A stretch of DNA of 63,985 nt, counting the filler, from Welwitschia mirabilis (taxonomy: Eukaryota), in assembly GCA_051453625.1 (NCBI GenBank). It is 7 parts of one record of this genome, joined end to end, with 100 filler letters (N's around TTAATTAATTAA, not from the genome) between each part and the next. Parts side by side here need not be neighbours in the genome. Positions count along the whole stretch, not along the records: positions 1 to 29,908 come from JBOZIK010000001.1; positions 30,009 to 38,935 come from JBOZIK010000001.1; 5 more parts are not named here. One strand, 5' to 3'. A program made the position numbers and the translations under genes. The notes under the pieces are model-generated. The model did no database searches, had not been told where the DNA came from, and worked only from the letters and a program-made list of their open reading frames with translations. Positions within the stretch are counted from its first letter, which is position 1. Each line of letters opens with the position of its first letter. Shown piece after piece: positions 27,163-39,035 of the stretch.

Positions 27163-28867
27163 CTAACCAATATAATAGGAGGTTGCAACTCTAATTAATG
27201 GCATTCTAACTCAATATCTAACCATCCTCCAAATGTGAATTGGTTTTACTTTAGATTATATACTATACAAACATGTTAGACTTAACTTTATAGGATTTTA
27301 CTTCACTTTGATATAGCCCTAGTACAAGTGAAAGGTGGTATGTGAGATGAATGCATGCTTGCAAATAACCCTTGCTTCCTTAAAGCATCTCTAGATGGTG
27401 TAACATGATCCATCAACACCAATATGTTGAGATATTAAGTATAAATGAGTTAATACATGGGTAGGATAGGATAGTGATGGATAAATCCACTTTTAGAAGG
27501 GTATTATTAAAAAAAAATGCAATGCAACCCACCTTGGTAATGAAATCCAAGTTGATGAACATTATTAGAATTATCTTGATTTAGTCCTGTCCGATGTATA
27601 TACTACACAAATGCATGTAAATAATTCCAAATAATGTGAATATTTAATAAATTTTTTTACCTAGTTATAATAATTCTAATCATTATTTGGTTCATTTTAT
27701 GGAAATAACCATAAAAAGAAAGCAAGCATACAAGAACATTTCTATTTTCAAGGTTATAATAATAAAAATTTAGATAAAGGAAATATTCTTTTAGTTTCTG
27801 TATAAATAAGGAAATACTATTTCTTTATCTTTTAAAAATAATAAAAATATGAAATAATGTGCTTAAAGAAACTAAAACATACCTGGAGCTATGCCAATCC
27901 TATAAAGCATTCTTCCATGCTCATATGACAATATCCATGGATTAGTGCAAATAAGGTAAGAAAAAGAAAGTATAGCACAAACATAATTATTAAGATATAG
28001 GTATCTATTCAAGATTTTATATGGCTATATTATAAGTCAATAAAAATAAGTGATAAGCTAGACACTACTTATGTTGCTTAAACTACTAAGGTGAAAACTC
28101 TTACAAGCATGCACATACAAAGTAAGCTAAAGAAAAAGGGTAAAAAAGATATTTCTACAAATAAATACCACTTGTGAGTAATTTAACTTAAATCCATTGA
28201 TAGAAACATATTTTATATACTTAATTTTCCTCTAAAATTTTGTGTAGCAAGTTTTCTATAATTTTCAACATTAATTATAACATTTTTAGGCTCTAGGAAG
28301 ACATCATAGTTAAAAAGTAATAATTAATTAATTTTGTAGAAAATAATAAATTATAGTAGTTTTTAAGAAACTAGACATTAATAGGTTCCTTAGAATCTAA
28401 CTTAAACTATCTTTGAATTATAAAAATATTATTTTTAATGTTATCATTCAAAGGTAAAGACTATTAAATTTTCTAAAATCATAGTCCTACTGCACTACAT
28501 TAAAATAATCATGACTTTTAAAATGCTTTGAGTTTTTAAATGATTCAAGATGTTTTGGAAATATTGTTCACTTTTCTAGAAGTTAGAATGCAGATAGATA
28601 CAAAAATGTAAATTACTTACATATTGTTTTCTACATTTATTTTCTAATATATTTTAACAAATAATGTTTAAAAAAATAATTATCCATCTAAAAAATTACT
28701 GTTTTTAATTTTCATGTTAATAACATAACCCTAGACTTACATTAAAAAAGTTCACTAATTTATACCTATTAAGTAATAAGATATGATATTTTTATCCTAT
28801 GCCTATATTTTGGAAATTTAATCTCATCATAGCAAAAATATGATAAGGTTTTTCCAACTAGTTAAAT
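27163..28867 (+). repeat. Unclassified interspersed repeat, copy 1 (>=1.7 kb)
   Basis: Collinear with 62276-63985 over its whole length, from ctaaccaatataataggaggttg to caactagttaaat. Confidence 0.92.
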
Positions 28868-29908
28868 AATAACTTAGATCATTAAAATAACAAATATACT
28901 AATTTATTACTTATAAAAAGAAAAATCAATTATAAAAATAAAAATCATGATAGAAAGAAAAATCAAATCAATTAAAAAAGAACTAAATTACCATGAGCCT
29001 TGGGATTTTCCATAAAAGAGTATTAGCTTAAAGATATTTTTAAGGATTAGACTTTGCCCCTAATAAAATTGTCCTAATGCATAATAGATTAAAAAAGATA
29101 TAATACTAAAATAAACATGGGTACCCAAATTTATTTCTTTTTGAAATTTTATAGTGAATCACCTATCACTTGGCCATAATCATCCATTAGTAATTCTCCA
29201 TCATCAAGCACAAGGGACCCCTTATATCTCACTATAATGTCTTTGTGGGAGCCAATGGGAGGGAATAATATTTTATAAAATAATTTTATAAAATCCATAA
29301 ATAATTTCCTAATAAAGTATTACATTATTCCAATAGAAAATGAAATCATATGGATAATGTGAGTAAAAAGCTAATGTGGGAAGATCAGTATGACCTTGAT
29401 AGTTGAAGATTAATGAAGATCCAAGCTTAATAATTTCTTAGCCCCAATTTCCAAGTTCCAAAAGTAAGAAAATGAAAGAAATAGAGAGAGAGTGTGTGTG
29501 TGTATGTGTGTGAGTGAGAGTGTGTCTATGCGTCTGTGTATGTGAGAAAGAGAGAGAGAAGGGAGGGAAGAAGAAATGCACTTATGTGAAATAAAAGAAA
29601 AGCATGTCCTTTAATAAGAGAAAAAAGATCTCTATAGATATATAAACAAAAGCACATAGTACAAGATTACATGATTTATCATTGATAAGTGCAATGAGTA
29701 GTAAGTGATAGAGTACAAAAAGATATCATATTTATAACTCATGCACCTACCTAGGGTAAGTAATCATCTTGCTTTAACTAGTAAGATTAATTACATGCAT
29801 CATTTCCTCATGCTAGCTCTTTTAATCCTTCACAGGCTCATAAGTAAGTTTAATACATACAAGACATGCCTCAAAAAAATAAATGCACAAATTTCAAAAT
29901 TTTCATAT

Positions 29909-30008
29909 NNNNNNNNNNNNNNNNNNNNNNNNNNNNNNNNNNNNNNNNNNNNTTAATTAATTAANNNNNNNNNNNNNNNNNNNNNNNNNNNNNNNNNNNN
30001 NNNNNNNN
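29909..30008. other. Artificial assembly spacer, 44 N + TTAATTAATTAA + 44 N (also at 38936, 49174, 54337, 58586 and 62090)
   Basis: The same 100-nt structure occurs six times; the 12-mer is palindromic and puts a stop codon in all six frames. Confidence 0.97.
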
Positions 30009-30259
30009 CAACTAGCATACGTTTTCGATCTCAAATGTTCAAGGATATTAGCAAATCATTTTCAAATTCCAATGTTGCATAACATCTCATTGCCATGGTA
30101 ATTCCCAATGAAGCAACCATCAGAAAGACTAAAGCATCCATGCCCAAACTAACCAAACTACACTGGATTATGGTATAGAAGAGTGAAGTTCTACATCAAC
30201 ATATAAACTTGGAACGATCGAAAATTAATAACAAAACAAAGAACAAAACACTATACAAC

Positions 30260-30560
30260 TTGTTATCAAACAAGTGAAGAATGCAAAAAAGAAAACGAAT
30301 AGGAGGTTTAGACCCTTTATACACTACTTCCTCGAGCTGACACAGAGCTTTGGTAGATCAACTACAAAACCAGCAATCACAAGGAACACAAGTTATTCCT
30401 TTAGCTCAAGCCACAACCCATAGACGAGGATGCAAATGAATCCAACCACAACTGCAACCACACCTTCACAAGGAACACCTTCCCTCCTTTCATAGCATTA
30501 AGTTTTGCTGCAAATCCCTAAATTAACATTGATCCCATAGACTTCTTTTTTGTTTTTAAT
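30260..30560 (-). mobile_element. Short Copia LTR, same family as 42760-43150 and 51385-51758
   Basis: The reverse complement reads gtggttgga.tcattt..ggcttgagcta.agga..tgttccttgtgatt..aaacctcc..cttgttt.ataaCA, matching the other copies. Confidence 0.75.
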
Positions 30561-33500
30561 AAAACGTTGTTTGGAGAAGTAAAGGTAGTGGTTCAATTTG
30601 CACTTGTTGTATTGTTGCATTGTCATAAATGAATCAAACTTTTTGTACCATTGTCTAGTTATTGTTTAAGACCACTTAAACTTTTCCTTAGTCCGCATAC
30701 AAAATCAAGATGCTTAGAATCAACAAAACCAAACCACTATCTAGTGGAATGTTTAAGACCATCTAGAGTTTTCCTTAGCCTACATATGAAATCAAGATGC
30801 TTGTGTTAGAAAAGTGAAGCCAAATCTTTCTTTTTTTATAAGGTTTCTTTTAATTGGAGCAAAGGGTCTTTACTCTCATAAAGTTGTAAAAGTTGTTTTT
30901 ATGTAACTCATGTAGAGTAGGAGCTGAGTTAATGCTAAGGCTTTTTAGTGTTGAAACCATAGAATGAGTCTATAAAAGGGAAGCATGGGTTGGGGAAAAT
31001 GTATAAGAGACTTTTGCCTATTCTAATAAAGATTTCTGCATTGTTTGAGGTTTTGAACCTCATTGAGTTTGCATGCAGTTTTCTTTATTTTTGCTTTGAT
31101 AGCAAGTTTTGCATTGTTTGAGGTTTTGAACCTCGTTAAATCAACTTGTAGTTTTCTTTGCTAATTTTGCTTGCTGTTTTTAAAGAAGTGGTATTAGGGC
31201 TTTTGGTTGCAAATTGAAGTGTGAGGTTTTGTCGAGTGAGGATTTCCTTATAGGAGTTTGTTGATAGTCTTAAGCATCAATGAGCAGAGCAAAGCAGATG
31301 AAGATGTCGGATAGGAGCGAACGGGGTGAGTGAGTGAAGCGACTAGGGTTTGGGGTGTCATTTTTGGTGACTTATTTTGATGTAGATTTTGATTTTCAAA
31401 TTCTTGTTTCTTCTTTGATTGGGATTAGCATGGAAAATGGAAAAGAACGTTATGCTCGGAGATAAATTTGATAGTGGGGACTATGAGCTTTGGAAGCTAA
31501 AGGTAGAAGACATTCTATATGAGCAGGTTCTAGTGCTGCCCATATAGGGATCCTCTCATAAACTAGGTTCTGTGTCTTTAGATGAATGGGCCAAGTTGGC
31601 CACAAAGCTTTTGGTTATTTGACATTGTCTAGATGAGCCAGTTCTTGCATATGTGTAGGACAGAGAGACTGTGCATGACTTGTTGAAGGAGCTGGAGAAT
31701 GTTTACTAGGCAAAATCTATTATAAATTGTGTTTTCATCTATTGGAAGTTGCATCTTATGAAACATGAAGCAGATGAAAGCATGATCCCTTGTCCATAAT
31801 GATTTAACTATGTCATTTCATAAATGATTGCAATAGGGGTGAAAATCTCTAATGAGGACAAGGGAATGACTTTTCTGAGTTTATTACTTGGATCATGGAA
31901 CAATTTGGTGGTGGCATTGAGTAGCAATACTTTTGTTATGCTGAACTTTAAATAGATGGTTGGGGTTGTTTTGGCTAAAGAGCTTCGTCATTTCACCAAT
32001 ATTGATGGCTCATCTACAAGCAAGGCTTTGGTTGTTAGGAGGAGCAGTTGTAGGCCAAAAGGAAACCTTTGAGTTGTTGGCATTGCAAGGGACTTGGACA
32101 TGTGAAAAAGAACTACCTAGAGCTTAAGAAGGATGTTGACCTACCTAGTAAAACTGACCCTGAAACTTCAAGACAAGATGGTCTTGTTTTTGTAGAAGAT
32201 GATATTTTGCTTTGATGTTGATGGGTGGTGTATGTTCTTTTTCTCTCAACATCATAATCTGCAGTCAATGGAAGTTCACTATGCATTTGTTGATGCTTCT
32301 CTTGCCTACTGTCCCTCTTGTTGTTGCTGATTGGTCCAAGGCCTCATCCTTGGGCATTTGTGAAATTTGTAATTGGTAGTTTTAGTTTGGTAATATCTTT
32401 TGTTTGTTTGGCTTGGAGAGGCTGGTCCTAGTTGATGTCCTCGTGTAGGGATTTCCTTAGAAGGTGGTGCACACCCATATTGGTTCTGCTGCATGTTTGT
32501 TTGTTTTGTTTGCTGTGGTTAGCACTGAACAGATTGTGTTGGATGGTGGTGTTGCCATTCATTATTCTGTTATTTGTGGATGCTGCTTTTGTTTATTTAT
32601 ATTTGTCTTCAAGTGGGAGAATGTTGGAAAAGTGAAGGCAAATCTTCCCCTTTTTATTATGTTCCTTTTAATTAGTTTAAAAAGATTTTACCATCATCAA
32701 TTTGTGAAAGTCATTTTAATGTAACTTACATGGGTTGTGAGTTGAGTCAATGTTAACATCTCTTTAGGATTGAATACCTAAATGAATCTATAAAAGGGAA
32801 GCATGTGTTGGGGAAGGTTTACAAGTGTTTTTTGGCTATTTTAATAAACAGTTTTGTATTGTTTGAAGTCTTGCACCTCATTAAATCTGCCTATAGTTTT
32901 CTTTGCTATTTTGTTCACTATTTCCTAATAACTTTGGATCAACAAAAACTTCTAGTTGAACAATTTAAATTTCTTCTTGTAGATCCCCATGCACGAGGGT
33001 AGTTTTAACATCTAGCTGCTTGAGTTCTAGATCTAAATAGACAGTCCAAGACAATGCAAATTCATTAGAATATTGCTTAAGAACTAGAGGAAAAAAGTCT
33101 CAGTAAAAGCTGTATCTGGTTTTGGTTCAAAGCTCTTTACCACAAGTGTTGCCGAATGCATTTCAAGGCCATGCAAATCTTCCTTTACCCTAAAGAACCA
33201 TCTATTTTGCTGTGCTTTCTTACCTTGGGGTAGCTGCATCAACTTTGATGGGGGATGAGCCCTGAGTGATTTCCACTCTTCATGCATGGTAGCCTCTCAT
33301 TACTTCCTATCACTGCGTGACTTTGCTTTTGAAACAGTATTTGGTTCTTCTTCATTAGTTAGTGAAACACTATTTAAAGGAGAATATGTGTTGGATTGCT
33401 TTGTTACCCAAGTGGATCTCCTCACCTAATGTGAAAGAGCTTCCCGTTCTTCATGTTTAGCTTCTTGCTCTTCCTATTTTACACCCATGTTATCTTCTTG

Positions 33501-34278
33501 TTCGCCTTGAAGAATGTTTTTATTGCCAAATGTATCTGCTTTTTGCTCATTTTTGTCATCATCCTCATGAGCACACACTTCATCAGAGGTATTGTGAGGG
33601 AAGCAGAATAACTCTCAAATTGCATGGGATAAAAATAGAGAATCTTTTCTTAACGTCAGAACCATCAAGGTAGCCACCTGTTTACAAGTAGGATCACAAA
33701 GTTTAAACTCACAGTCATCATTGCCAAAACCAACAAAGATACATCTACGCACCTTGTCATCCAATTTGGACCTGTGATATTTCTACACATAGAAAAGACT
33801 CTCAAATGCTTATAGGAGATTTCCTTTTTCCTTCATAGAAGTTTGGGAATTCGTCCATCCAGAGCTGAATGATGTGACTTGCTAATGAGATGGGCAATAT
33901 TTAGCTGAAAACAATTTGGGGAGGCCTGCTACTACTACTACCATGCTTCTGGCACACTCTAAAAGGTTCTATTGTATCTTTCTTCCTCTCCATTTCGTTG
34001 GTGTGTTTTAGGAGTAGTATGCATATGCATAATCCTCTTTTGCTTGCAAAACCCAAAAAAGGCACATGAAGTGTGTTCATTTCCATTATCTGTGAGAAGC
34101 ATCTTGATTTTCAGCCTTGTTTGAGTATTTACCTAGGCAGTAAATCGCTTGAAAACATCAAGCACCACATCCTTTGATTTGATAGGATAAACCTAAATTC
34201 TAAGACTAAAATCATTAATAAATGTGACAAATATTGGAACTAGCAAGAGAGCATGGATGACTAGGGCTAACAACATCA
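30560..34278 (-). mobile_element. Host Copia pol remnant (INT-RT), interrupted by the insertion at 30804-32930
   Basis: Integrase FVTFINDFS.RI.VYPIKSK (~34175-34235); RT start MHEEWKSL..LPQGKK..RWFFRVK..ETF (ORF 33084-33287); FVDSKHLDFVCGLRKSLSGLKQ (~30663-30727). Confidence 0.85.
30804..32930 (+). mobile_element. Complete gag-only (TR-GAG-like) non-autonomous LTR element, ~2.1 kb
   Basis: 5' LTR 30804-31186; PBS tggtattagggc 31189-31200; gag DKFDSGDYELWKLKVEDIL (~31460) with knuckle CWHCKGLGHVKKNY (32075); PPT aagtgggaga 32611-32620; 3' LTR 32622-32930. No pol motifs seen. Confidence 0.85.
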
Positions 34279-36225
34279 TATTGGAGTTGAAGTCAAATCC
34301 TCTTTTGTATCTTCTATTTTCTCCCTTGTTGTAGCATTTTGTTTGTAAAGTGTATTTCTCTTTTATATTATAAAGTGAGAGGGGGCTACTTATAAAGTCA
34401 ATGTAAAATTAGGTTTTTTAACCTAAAGTGAGCCTATTTAAAGGGAAGGGTTTTGAGGGCGGAGGAACATATTCTGAACACTTTGGCTATTCAGGATGAC
34501 TTGTGTTCTTGGACTATTTCTCGAAATCTTAAGTGAGCTCTGCATTGCTTCCGTGGTTTTTCCCCACATTGGGATTTCCACATAAATTCCTGTGTGCTGT
34601 TTTGCTTTTTGTTTTTGCTATTTTGTGCTACTATTCTGAACAACTCGTATTAGAGCTTGGTTAGGGTTTACATCTGTTTGTATGGTTTCGTGGCATTCTT
34701 GTTGCGTTCGTACTAGTTGGATACGTTTCTTTGAGGTGAAGCGTGATGGAGAGATTACAAATGATGGATATGCTTGTTGGCCAAAACTGGAACATTTGGA
34801 GTGTTCTAATGAAAGCCGCGTTGGCATAGAAGGAGTGCCTTGAAGCTTTGGAGTCTGCGAAACTGGCATCCATGAAGGATGAAGAATGGAAAAAGGTGAA
34901 AAGAAAGGCCCTGTCTTACATATATCCAAGTCAGAGTACTGGGATCTTATAGTCAATCAAATAGGATATGGATCCCCATGATCTCTGGCAATCTCTCAAG
35001 AACAGGTTTGATAAAGCATCTAGTTTGAACACGTTTCACATTCACCAGAAGGTGTTCAAGGCAAGCAAGCAGCCAGAAGTTCCATTACAAGATCATTTGG
35101 ATGAGATGATGGGTATTCTGGTAAAGCTGGAGGAGTATAAAATCAAAATTCTGGATTTAGTCAAGTCTTATGCCTTATTGGATTCTCTTCCTGAAGCTTG
35201 GTCTGTAGTAGTGACATCTATTACTACATTTATGAATATTAGCATGATGACATTTGAGCAGGTTGTGTCTATGCTTCAAGATTTTGAGGGTAGACTCAAT
35301 GAAACACAATCTTCAGAAGGTGCGTTGGTAGCTGAAAACAGAGGTAAGCATAAGAGACGTGGCCAAAGTAGGGGGAGAAGCAAAAGCAGAGGAGTTTCCT
35401 ATAGCAGACACATTAAATGCTGGTTTTGTAAGAAAAAGGGGCATACGAAGAAAGACTGTTACGCTTGAAAGGGAAAGCAGAACGAGAGGCATGAATAGGG
35501 CCACTCGGTAGGGCCTTCCTTACAAGTTAATCAGGCAAATGAGGGAGTTAGTTTTCTAGTGTCAGAACCATGCGGTCTTCTGGCAGAGAGGTCTTGTCAA
35601 GATGTTTGGTTAGTTAATTCAGGTGTTTCATTTCGTATCTGCCTAGATCGTTCTATTTTCTCTACTTACAATCCTATTTCTTTTGGAGTTATTTAAGCTG
35701 CCAATGGAGAACCTCTACAGGTTGTTGGAGTAGGCAATGTTGTTTTGCAATAGCTAGGACTGCCTAAGGTTACTATTAATAATGTTCGTCATGTTCCAAA
35801 CGTGATGAAGCAGTTGATTTCTATTACACCGCTTGATGATCTAGACTCCAACTTTGTTAGCAGAGGAGGATGTTGGAAAATTACCAAGGGAATTTTAACA
35901 GTGTTGCGAGGGAAGAAAGATGACAACATCTATACTTGGGAAGCAAACACATATGCAATGGCTGTTGCTATTGTAGATAAGCAAAATGTTAAAGCTGTAA
36001 TAGCTTTAGAGGATGCAGATATCTGGCACAAGTGTTTGGGACACATTGGTAACTCTAGCCTTAAGATGTTTCAATCTCTATCTTTAATCCCTATGTTCTG
36101 ACATGCTTCTATCGATTTCTGTAAAGACTATATTGTTGGTAAATCTAAAAGAGTCAATTTTTGTAGGGATTTGGATATAAGAAAGAAAAATAAATTAGAA
36201 TTGGTTTATTCTGATGTGTGTGGGC
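34279..36225 (+). mobile_element. Copia element 5' half (LTR, PBS, gag, protease, GAG-pre-integrase, integrase start)
   Basis: LTR ~34279-34642; PBS-like actcgtattagagc; ORF 34968-35468 with knuckle CWFCKKKGHTKKDC; protease WLVNSGVSF (~35607); IWHKCLGH (~36021); LELVYSDVCG (~36195). Stops present; cut by a gap. Confidence 0.92.
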
Positions 36226-36325
36226 NNNNNNNNNNNNNNNNNNNNNNNNNNNNNNNNNNNNNNNNNNNNNNNNNNNNNNNNNNNNNNNNNNNNNNNNNNN
36301 NNNNNNNNNNNNNNNNNNNNNNNNN

Positions 36326-38935
36326 GAGGCTCCTGTTATAGAGACAGAATTCAATGAGGGTGACCCAGTTTCGATGAGCTTGACCTAACAATCTATCAAT
36401 TTGAAAAGAAAATCCTCCATTGACGAACTAGAAGCGTATCTGCTCCAAATTTGTTTAACTTAACTGGATCAGGAAGTTTCTAAATGAAAAAACAAGTTCT
36501 ATCATTAAGTATGTAACCTCTTCTTTTCAGAAAGAGGTCACCTTTTTTTTCCAAAAGACTGCATGATTGTAAGTCCTGACTGATCTTCCTATCATTGTGT
36601 TCATTATAATACTTTCTAATATAATATTCTTGTGAGATCTAGCTTCAAGAGCCATCAGTGTAAACCTTGTGGGAGATTTTTATGAAGGAAGGCACAAAAT
36701 AACTCCTTTATTTTGGTATTTTGGGTGGTTTTGAATTTATCCTTTAAAATCCAAGAACTATAGCAAGGGTTAGTGGTGAACCTGGGAAAACCACATTATT
36801 GGGTGAATATACTAGCCATTGTTAGACAAAGAGGTGGTGCTAACTACTATTTATTATTTGGTGTGATTTGATTTATCCTATTTCTGTTCATCCCCTCTAG
36901 GGCTGATCCTTCTGTCATGGCACAATCACTAGTATCACACATAATTGAAAGTCTTTCGACCAATTAGGTCCAATCAAGATAAGAGAGGTAAAAATTTTCT
37001 CTTTTAAGATCTAAAAAGCTTCTTGATAAAGATGAGTCCATTCAAATTTAGTATCTTTTTCTATAAGTTGATAAAGAGGTTTACAAACTTCTGAAAAATC
37101 TTTAATGAACCTCCTATAGTATTCCACATGTCCTAGAAACGGTCTAACTTGTTTTAAATTGGTTGGTGGTGGCATTTCCTTAATAACTCAAATTTTAGAA
37201 AGATCTACCTCAATTCCTTTGTTTGACAAAATATGCCCAAGGACAGGTCCATTTGTCATTTAAAATATGCTCTTCTCCCAACTAAGTTTCAGTCTAGTTT
37301 CTATGCATCTATCCAACACTTTTCCTAATCTTTCCAAGGTTTGGTTAAATAATCTCCCCATAAAGAAAAATCATCCATGAAAACTTAAATACATTCTTGG
37401 AACATATTAGTGAGAATTCTTAACATGGCCCTCTGAAACATTCCTGGCACATTGCATAACCAAAAAGGTATTCATCTATAAGCGTAAGTCCCAAAATATG
37501 AGGTAAAGGTAGTCTTGGATTGCTTCTCATTTGCAATGGATATTTGGTTATAGCCACTGTAACCATCTAAGAAGTAATAATATCGATATCCTTGTAACTA
37601 ATCAGAAATTTAACCTAGGAGTTTTAGGATGATTAATTAATGTTGATTCTCTTCATTAACTGTCTCAAATACTCATCATACACCGAAGTTGGTTTTAAAC
37701 ATTTCATCCAAGGAGTTGGGTCTTCGTACACTTTCCTCTTGCCGTTGTCATAAGATGTAGAAGGAGTTGGCAAATCGGGTTGAATGGTAGGGGCCACTTC
37801 CTCAATTTCAACCTTGCTCCTCTCCTCATTAGGAGTTGTAATACTCTCAAGATTAGTGTTAGTACCTTTTTGAGTGGCAACCTTATAATCCATAACATTA
37901 TCCTTCTTTGCATAAGGTTGCGAAGCAATGATTCCCTGTTTTTGTTGATCACAAAGAATAGTTTGTTGAATGATGCCCAACATCTTCTTCATATTTTTAT
38001 TGGTTTCATGTGCTTATTTGACAAGATTTTCTAATGTTTCCTTCAATGTATCTTATTTAGGAGGATTGTGATAGGGATTGCCTCTTGGATAATTAGGATT
38101 CGGAATATTATAAGGCAATGTAGGAGTAGTATTACTAAAGGACCTGAAACAAGAGTTAAAGGTTTGAGCATTACAGGCACATACTTCTTGAAGCATAGGT
38201 TCTTTACATGTAGGAAGGGCTAGGCGTTGTTCTGTTATGTGACTACTTTCCTTGCAAAGGCAACAAGAAACAATAGGCTGATGAGATATAGAAGTTTTCA
38301 CATTTTCTTTTTGGACCTTCAAATCTTTCAGGTTGGGCAACACTTCTTTGAGGGTGGAATTGAAGGATTCTAGTTTACCCCTTTCATCAATTCCCTCACT
38401 TATTTAGGTTCTGGTTTAGCTTGTGTTGTAGGCCATGTTTTACTCATTTCCCAAGTTTTTTTCATTCGCTTCCAAGCTGTTGCTGGATCCTTGTCTATGA
38501 TGCTTCCCTCACTCGCAAAATCTATCATTTGTCTAGTTTGAGGGTTAAGTCTTTCTAAAAAGTAACTTCCAATTTGATAATATTCAAACTCATTCCTTGG
38601 GTTTTGGTTAACAGAGCCTACAAAGCATTTGAAGGTTGCACAATTGTCTTCCTTACCTTTTGTTTAAACCCATACACTTGTTTCCTCAAATTCTTGAATT
38701 CTTTGTGTGGTTATGTACCTCCAAATAAAGGTCATACACATGTCATCCCATGAATTAATGCTATGTTTTATAGGGAATTGAACCACATTTTAGCTTTTTC
38801 TCTAATAGTTAATGGAAAAACCTTTAAGAATGTCCTACCCCCCACACTTTGCCTTGTAGTTTTGGCGATTTGTTCAATTTCATTGCGATGATTGTAGGAT
38901 TCTTCATGGTCATGACTATGGAAAGTGGGATAAGC
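36326..38935 (-). mobile_element. Internally deleted Athila-like Gypsy remnant (gag, linker, RT core, RNase H start)
   Basis: gag FPLTIREKAKMWFN..SINSWDDMC (~38740-38820); RT YYFLDGYSGYNQI (~37545-37580) and FMDDF (~37375); IMCDTSD (~36935). The linker VYDEYLRQLMKRININ parallels 3870-3920. Confidence 0.88.
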
Positions 38936-39035
38936 NNNNNNNNNNNNNNNNNNNNNNNNNNNNNNNNNNNNNNNNNNNNTTAATTAATTAANNNNNNNNN
39001 NNNNNNNNNNNNNNNNNNNNNNNNNNNNNNNNNNN

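Noticed and set aside
29953..29964. Recurrent palindrome TTAATTAATTAA as a biological repeat or CRISPR-like array
   Set aside because: It is always centred in exactly 44+44 Ns, so it is an assembly linker.
34968..35468. 166-aa ORF as a domesticated gag gene
   Set aside because: It sits in a normal LTR-PBS-gag-pol context with stops and frameshifts on both sides.
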